NCBI GenBank assembly: GCA_951406725.2
Contig: OX597826.1
Coordinates: 24,304,001 to 24,368,000 of the forward strand
DNA: 64,000 nt
DNA from: Octopus vulgaris
Taxonomy: Eukaryota
Direction of reading: 5' to 3'
Below, piece by piece: positions 56,357 through 64,000 of this stretch. The notes under the pieces are model-generated. The model searched no databases and was not told the origin of the DNA. It saw nothing but the letters and a program-made list of their open reading frames with translations. A program made the position numbers and the translations under genes. How positions within the stretch are numbered: the first letter of the stretch is position 1; the number at the start of each line of letters is the position of its first letter.

Positions 56357-57354
56357 TTAAGTAATGAACTCTGTTCCATTGACCAAAGCCCTTCGAAGTG
56401 GTGCCCCGTGATGGCCTCATTCCAATATTTGGGGGAAAAAAACCAATAAAAGAGTCGAGGTGGATGCACAAGACAATAAGAAGAGAGCAGGGTTTGATCT
56501 CACAACAAAACTCAGTAGTTTAAGTTATTAAGATCATTGCCAATGTGATGAATTAAGCTGTGCACATGGGAAAATCTAGAGATTAGGATACATGTGGATT
56601 AGGACGAGAAGCTGTTAAGCTAAATAATCCTTGCTTAGGAAATAGGATACAGCTCCTATGATGAAAACACATGATTTGAATTCATAATCCTTCAGATTGG
56701 TTTTAGTGTCCGCCTTATTTGTTTTATCTGGTTAAATATACACATTACGTTGTGTGGAGTGTGTGTATACACACATGCATGTATATATACTTCTCTTTCA
56801 TCTTGTTTCAGTCATTTGACTGTGGCCATGCTGGGGTACCACCTTGAAGGATATTCGTAGAACAACTCAACCCCAATATTTTTTTTAAGGCCCGGTTCTT
56901 ATTCTTTTGGTTCTGTTCACCGAACAACTTGGAAACAGGGACATAAATACACCAACATCAGTTGTCAAGCAGTAGTGGGGGACAAACAAAGACACACATA
57001 GAACAGTTTTCTTTCAGTTTCCCTCACAAGACTTTGGTTATCCGGAAGCTGTTGTAGAAGACACTTGCCCGAGGTGCCATACAGTGGGATTGAACCCAGA
57101 ACCATGTGATTGGGAAGCAGGCTTCTTACCACACAGCCATGCCTGATTTCACTTAGGCATAGCAATACTAAAACTAGTTGTTAGAATTCAGTATTCGTAT
57201 GCTTTAGAGTAGAGCGTTATTTAGGTGAGTGCAGAGCATGGTATTAATTAATGAATGACAAGGGAACAAGAATTATGTAATCAACTTTATAAACTTACAG
57301 GTGAAACAGCTGTAAGTTAGTGAAGATGATTACTTAATTCCTATTCCCTTGCCA

Positions 57355-57402
<48 letters not shown>

Positions 57403-57802
57403 AAGGGTAAAAGGCCCATGGCTCATTGTTTAGAGCATTGGGCTTACAATCATGATGTAGTGAGTTTGATTCCCAGACTGAACTATGTGTTGTGCTCCTG
57501 AGAAGACACTTTATTTTATGTTGCTCCAGTTGCCTCAGCTGTAGAAATGAGTTGTGATATCACTGGTGCTTAGCTGTATCATCCTTTGCTTTTCTCTTGG
57601 ATAACACAAGTAGCATGAAAAGGGGAGGCTGGTATGCATGGGCAACTGCTTGTCTTCCATAAACAACCTTGCCAGGATATGTGCCTTAGAGGGGAACTTC
57701 CTGGGTGCAATCCCATGGTCATTCATGACTGAAGGGGTGATTATTTCATCATCATTGTCGTTTAATGTCCACTTTCCATGCTATATATATATACACACAC
57801 AT

Positions 57803-57873
<71 letters not shown>

Positions 57874-58163
57874 ACCTCTTTATGTCTGCTTTTCCGTGCC
57901 TGCATGGATCAGATGGAATTATACATGAAGACTCTGTCTTAAATCCTAAGTATTATTATATATCGCTTCTCATAGTAATATCAATTGTAAGTGCTATAAT
58001 GATGGGAATATCATAAAAGGAACCTTAATTAGTTTCAGCCCATAATTAATGGAACTGTTAATCGTAGGTATTTCCCTGCATCTAACTGAAATGACAAGAA
58101 AGCAAAACAAAGGGAATTGCTTGCTGTCCTAGTTTGTACCAATATGTAAATTTGCAAACTCAC

Positions 58164-58244
58164 CCAACCCAATTCTTCAGCTGTAAACTCAAGTAAATCG
58201 TGTGCATGGTTGATTACTGGTGTTGCAAACCTCCCCGAGCCGTG
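58164..58244 (-). CDS. Candidate 81-nt phase-0 exon of an unidentified antisense gene
   Basis: Minus tttatgttttttggtgcaag| HGSGRFATPVINHAHDLLEFTAEELGW |gtgagt; unique sequence, no recognised homology. Confidence 0.2.
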
Positions 58245-59602
58245 CTTGCACCAAAAAACATAAATGACATTCAAGATAGTGGTGGTGGTGGTTGTGGTAG
58301 TGCTGCTACTGTAAAAGTGGCAGTGGTAGTGGAAGTAGTAAGAGTGGTGATGGTGGTGGTATTAACAAGGAAAGAGAAACCAAATGTAAAGATTGCTCAA
58401 AGAAAAAAAAAAAAAAGAAAGCAACTTATTACTTCTTTAATTAAAAAAGAATTTTTTTTAAGAAACAAACAAACTTTGAAAAAATATAAAAACAACTACT
58501 TTTTGTGACATTGTGAAAAAGTCCAGCCAGATTGTTCAGATAACAGTTAATTACTGCATTCACTAATGAAGTTTTGCACTTTGGGATTTTTTTTTTGTTT
58601 GTTTTTGTTTTAGTAATGAAGGGTATTCTAATTTACTTAATTAAGAAGCGGTGGAGTAAAGAGTCGGGAAGAAGACTTCACCTCCTTATTTGACATGTCT
58701 GATTTCTTGTTCTAAAGTTGTGAAAATTCCTATGAAACCATAATGACCCTATTATGGTTATTTTTAGTAAGTCGTATTAGTGTCATCATCGTAATCATCA
58801 TCATTATCATTATCATTTTATTATTATTATTTTATAAGGCAACAAGCTGGTAGAAACGTTAGCACACCAGACAAACTGCTTAGTGGTATTTCATCTGTCT
58901 TTACGAGTTCAAATACTGCCAAGATCGACTTTGCCTTTCATTCTTTCGGGATCAATAAATTAAGTACTAGTTAATTGACTGGTCCCCTCCTCAAAAATTT
59001 CAGGCCTTGTGCCTAGAGTAGAAAAGATTATTGCGAACCACATGGTTCCGGGTTCAGTCCCACTGTGTGGGCCTTGGGCAAGTGTCTTCTACTATAGCCT
59101 CAGGTCGACTAAAGGCGGTGCTCCAGCATGGCCACAGTCAAATGACTGAAACAAGTTAAAGCATTATTATTATCATCATCATCATAAGGGCAGTGAGCTA
59201 TCAGAATCATTAACATGCCAGGTAAAATGCTTAGCAGCATTTCTTTCAGTTCTTTACATTCTGGGTTCAAACTCCATCAAGGTCAGCTTTGCCTTTCACC
59301 CTCTCAGGGGCAATAAAATTGCTACCAGCTGGATGCTGAGGTTGATGTAATTGACATGCCTCCTTCCACCAAAATTTCAGGCCTTGTTCCTCTAGCAGGA
59401 AAAAAAATATCATCATCATTAATATTACTATTATTTTGCTGAGGTTGACTTTCTTTCGTGCTTTTGGGGGTCTATGAAATAATTACCAGTTATATATTGG
59501 GGTTGATGTAATCAACTTATTCCCCCCCACACACACACACAAATTTCAGGTATTGTGCCTATAGTAGAAAGGATTATTATTATTATTATTATTATTATTA
59601 TT

Positions 59603-60155
59603 GAGTGAGAGAGCAGTGCATGCCATCAAAGTGACACTGGGGTAAAATATACGAAAACCAGTATACCCATCATGACTACCCGTCTGATAAAGGTACACTA
59701 GGCACATGCATCACAACCATATGTGCGCGACATGGTGATCTCATATCAAAATAAACAGCACATGACCTTGCAGGTGGGGCCCAGTTAGAATTTTCTTCAA
59801 TTGAGTAACCCATCCCACTCGAAAGGTCCCTGAATAAGGGTTGTTTAAGGATGTTGAACGAAACACCCATGTTTCCAGAGGTGAATTATTCAAACCCCAA
59901 AGAATTCCTCTCAACACATGGCTATGATGCTCCCCCACTACTTCTGCTCGTGATCAGAGATGCACATATCATCAGCCACTAAGGGACATGCTCAACTGGT
60001 TAAAGTCAAACAACTGACAAGCAAATCTGTGGTATTGAGCAGAATATTTGCTGTAGCCCATCTTTTATACCAAGACAAAACAATGTACATGATAACACTT
60101 CCAATCAGTTAAGATCAGAAGCCATGAGAGCCACTGCCTGCTACTGCATCAGGGC

Positions 60156-60156
<1 letters not shown>
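59603..60156 (-). mobile_element. ~550-bp non-coding element inserted in (TTA)n; probably a Dong/R4-type non-LTR 3' end or a dependent SINE
   Basis: Flanked by (TTA)n on both sides; highly similar copy at 4437-4953. The family assignment is inferred from the TAA target. Confidence 0.65.
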
Positions 60157-60204
<48 letters not shown>

Positions 60205-60659
60205 TAAGTTGATGAGCTGGCAGACTCATTAGCATGCCAGGCAAAATGCTTAGTGGTATTTCACCCATCTCTACGTTCTGAGTTCAAATTCCGCCAAGGT
60301 CGACTTTACCTTTTATCCTTTCAGGGTTGATAAAATAGGTACCAGCTGAACACTGGGGTCAATGTAATCAACTCATCTCCACCTCCCACAAGCTTGTGGC
60401 AAAAATTTGAAATAATTATTATTATTATTATTATTATTGTTGTTAAAGTTGGTGTGCTGGCAGAATTGTTAGCACACCGGCAAAATGCTTTGTAGCATTT
60501 TGTCCACCCCTACGTTCTGAGTTCAAATTTCACCAAGGTCAACTTTGCCTTTTATCCATTCAGGGTCAATGAAATAAGTACCAATCAAGTACTGGGGTCG
60601 ATGTAATCAACTTGCCCTCTCCCTTCAAAATTCCAGGCCTTGTGCCTATAGTAGAAAGG

Positions 60660-60692
<33 letters not shown>

Positions 60693-61075
60693 AGTGGGGT
60701 GAGGAAAGAGAGGCATATCAGAGGAGGTGACTTAGTGGAAAAACAATTAAGTATTAAGTAGTACTAATTCCATTAAATATACACATGTGTAAAAGATATT
60801 AATTAACAGGTATTACAATGACAAGTCGGCATTAATGTGTCATTCAATATTATTTTCTGTTAATTATTTTGCCTACTTATTTATGTATTCATTTTGTTGG
60901 GTGGGTTGAGGTGGATGTGGTTGGCAGATGACATAGAGCAGCCCTCCTCCTCTGCCGGAAGCTTCTGACAGGCTTGGTTTTTCATTCCATAGTTGAAACT
61001 AATCTATTTTGCTGGTACTAATTAATAACACACTTGAGAAAAGAAAAGCATGAAAAGTTTTAATTTCCCTTTTGA

Positions 61076-61151
<76 letters not shown>

Positions 61152-62272
61152 CCTCTCCCCTCCTCTCTCTCTGTCCCCAACCTCACAACAAAACGTAAAA
61201 CTTTGGTGCCTTGTAAGATGATGTAGGAGGAAAATAGTGAACCAAGAATAAGGAGGAAAGCCGCCTTATGTGGTTCTCTTTCATCTTTTAATTGTTTCAG
61301 TCTCTTGACCATGCTACAGCTGCAATCAGATTCTGGGTTCAAATTTTTGGTACAAGGTCAGCAGTTTCAGAGGATGGGGTCAGTAAATTACATTGACTCT
61401 CCCCTCCCCAGGACTCAAGAAGGATGAAAGGCAAAGTTGACCTTGAGAGAATTTGAACTCTGAACATGAAGACAAATAAAATGCTGATAGGCATTTTGCC
61501 TGGCATGCTAATGACTGTCATTAGCATCAAGGGAGGGAGTAAGGGGATTACATTGACCCTAGTGCTCAGCTGGTACTTATTTTATTGACCCAGAAAGGAT
61601 GAATGGCAAAGTTGACCGCAGCAGGATTTGAACCTCTGAACAAGGAGGAGGACAAAATGCTGCTAAGCAGTTCGCTCAGCATGCGAACAATTCTGCCAGC
61701 TCACTACTCTAGTTGCAGTCAAATACTGAAAAACAGTTCTCATAGCCTTTTGCAAGGATCTCCAAGACATCCGGGAGAGACAAAAGGAAGAAGCAACAAT
61801 GACAATATTTGTGAAGGGCGTAAGCCCTAGGACCAGGTGATGGTGCTAAACCAGGTTCAAATTCCACTGAGATTGAGTTCAAATTCTGCCGAGGTTGACT
61901 TTGCCTTTCATCCTTTTGGGGTCGGTAAATTAAGTACTAGTTGCTTACTGGAGTCGATCTAATCAACCAGGTCCCTCCCACTAAATTCAGGCCTTGTGCC
62001 TATAGTAGAAAGGATTAGGTTTACCACACTGATCTTGGTTTCAAATGAATCACATATGTTGCAGTATAGACCAGTCACAACAGTCTATAAGTTACTCTTA
62101 TGTTAATTGCTATCGAAACTTCTGGTAAAATTTATCTGTGATATTTTACTGTTGTATCCATGGGAAGACTTGTCTTTCGTCTGCTTAATGTTATGAAATC
62201 AGGGTCAAGAATACTTCTTTGTGTCACAGAAATTTTTACACCTCTTTATGTGTGTGAGTACATATAAACAAG

Positions 62273-62607
62273 TGAAGGTGTATGGCTCAGTGGTTAGAGA
62301 ATCAAGCTTACGATCGTGAGGTTGTGGGCTCAAATCCTGGACCGGGCTCTGTGTTGTGTTCTTGAGCAAGACACTATATTTCACATTGCTCCTGTTCACT
62401 CAGCTGTAGAAATGAGTTCTGATGTCACAAGTGCCAAGCTGTATCAGCCCTTGTGCCTTTCCCTTGGATAACACTGGTGGCATGGAGAGGGGAGGTATGG
62501 TATGCATGGGCGACTGCTGGTTTTCCATACACAACCTTGTCCGGACTTGTGCCTGGGAGGGTAACTTTCTAGGTGCAATCCCACAGTCAGTGATGACCGA
62601 AGGGGGT
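62273..62607 (+). mobile_element. tRNA-SINE family C; copies ~7994-8190(-), 13388-13645(-), 57412-57737(+)
   Basis: tggctcagtggttagag head; ttgtgttcttgagcaagacac; tail atgcatgggcgactgctgg...aggtgcaatccc...gaccgaagggg. Confidence 0.75.
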
Positions 62608-62979
62608 CTCAACATACAAACACGCATACACATACATATTGTGTGTGTGTGTGCAACAGAAGAGCCAGTGTGTGTCTGTGTATTTCACTGTATGTGTGAC
62701 TGAGAGAGCCTAAGGTTGTGTTGATATAAGACAGTCAATATGTCTATACCTTAGCTGTAACTTAATTAAAACACCACTTGATGCCAACATTAATATGCTC
62801 CCACACTCTACACTCAACACTAACAGCTGGGGTTATTCTTTGTGGATTTTTTGTAGTTTCATTTTTTTGCAATTGTCCTGCTATACACTATCTTGAACAA
62901 GTGTCTCTATTTCAGTCCCAGGCCAACCAATGCCTTGTGAGTGAATTTCATTAATAGGAGCTGTAGGAAACCATCATCT

Positions 62980-63013
<34 letters not shown>

Positions 63014-64000
63014 TTGTGCTTGCTTGAGCAAAACATAATGACCAATTGCTCTGCACTTTCAAAAACCTTATATGTTTCAAGGAAACACACATGGCTTTAA
63101 AATCCTGCCTCAAATACATCCTCTTTCAATTCATGCCAGCATAGAAAAACAGACATTAAAACAAATGGAGGTCATTCTACAAACCAACTTCACTGTGACT
63201 AGAATTCTTATTGCTTAATTAATTGAATTCTTTAATCCACTTGGAGATATGTTTCTAAGCCCTGGATTGATTACTCTGGTGCCAGGAACTACTCAAATAC
63301 TATGTTGTTGTTTGGTAGAACAGGTAAAGCATTAGACAAAATGCCTTGTGGTATTTGTTACAAACCTATACTTTCAGATTTCAAATCTCAACAAGTGTGA
63401 CCATTCATTGTTCCAGAGGGAAAGGATCAATAGAGTGAAGTACCAGTCACATAGTGGGGTCAGTTTCAAGCCTTATGCCCCGAAAGGACGAAAGGCAAAG
63501 TTGACACTGGCAGTATTTGAACACTGAATGTAAAAGTTGAAAGAAATGCTGCTAAGCATTTTTCTTTGGTAACAATTCTGCCATTCTGCCAGCTTGTCGC
63601 CTTTCTAATGATAAGAAGAATAGCAACGATGGACTCTCTTGTCAAAGACGACATCTGAGCATTCAGCTTTGGCCAAACAAGCTGCACAAATGATTTGTTT
63701 ATAGTGATCAAATATTCGTGCTGCTGCACATTAGCTCATTCTCTCCATCAAATCAACATTGTCTGAACAGGTGTGCACAGGTGTACCATGGGTCAGGTGT
63801 TGAAGTGATTGCAGGGCAACGTGAGATGAAGTGTTTTGCTCAAGAACACAATGCACTACCCAGTCTAGGAATTGAAATCATGATCACTAGCTCATGTTTG
63901 TAATACCATAACCACTAAGCCATAATAATAATAATGAGAAGAAATGTTTATCCCACTCATATTGTTATGAAGGAGTAGGGTCTATGTTAAATTGTTATGA

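Overview
Eukaryotic, AT-rich DNA saturated with repeats and microsatellites. The repeat families look like those of a coleoid cephalopod (Octopus sp.; inferred, not database-checked). Almost all ORFs in the supplied track are microsatellite or SINE artefacts. Only one host exon is well supported: a 138-nt phase-1/1 exon (31619-31756, +) that aligns without gaps to the GEMIN5 TPR-like dimerisation region. The window therefore looks like one exon between two introns of more than 30 kb. The exon has unusual RNA-structure context: an intronic exon-complementary stretch just after the donor, then a ~440-nt G·U-rich foldback. This fits an ADAR editing substrate plus inducer, or a hairpin-RNA/miRNA precursor. 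Hammerhead-ribozyme motifs from Penelope-like remnants occur just upstream and elsewhere, three times as head-to-head inverted pairs. Other content: two Helitrons (one composite, with an open PIF1-helicase fragment), hAT, Tc1/mariner and piggyBac-type MITEs, a deleted mariner, RTE-LINE remnants, a (TAA)n-targeting element, several tRNA-SINE families, a tRNA-Glu-like (pseudo)gene and a 100-N gap. Repeat boundaries are approximate unless termini or TSDs are quoted.
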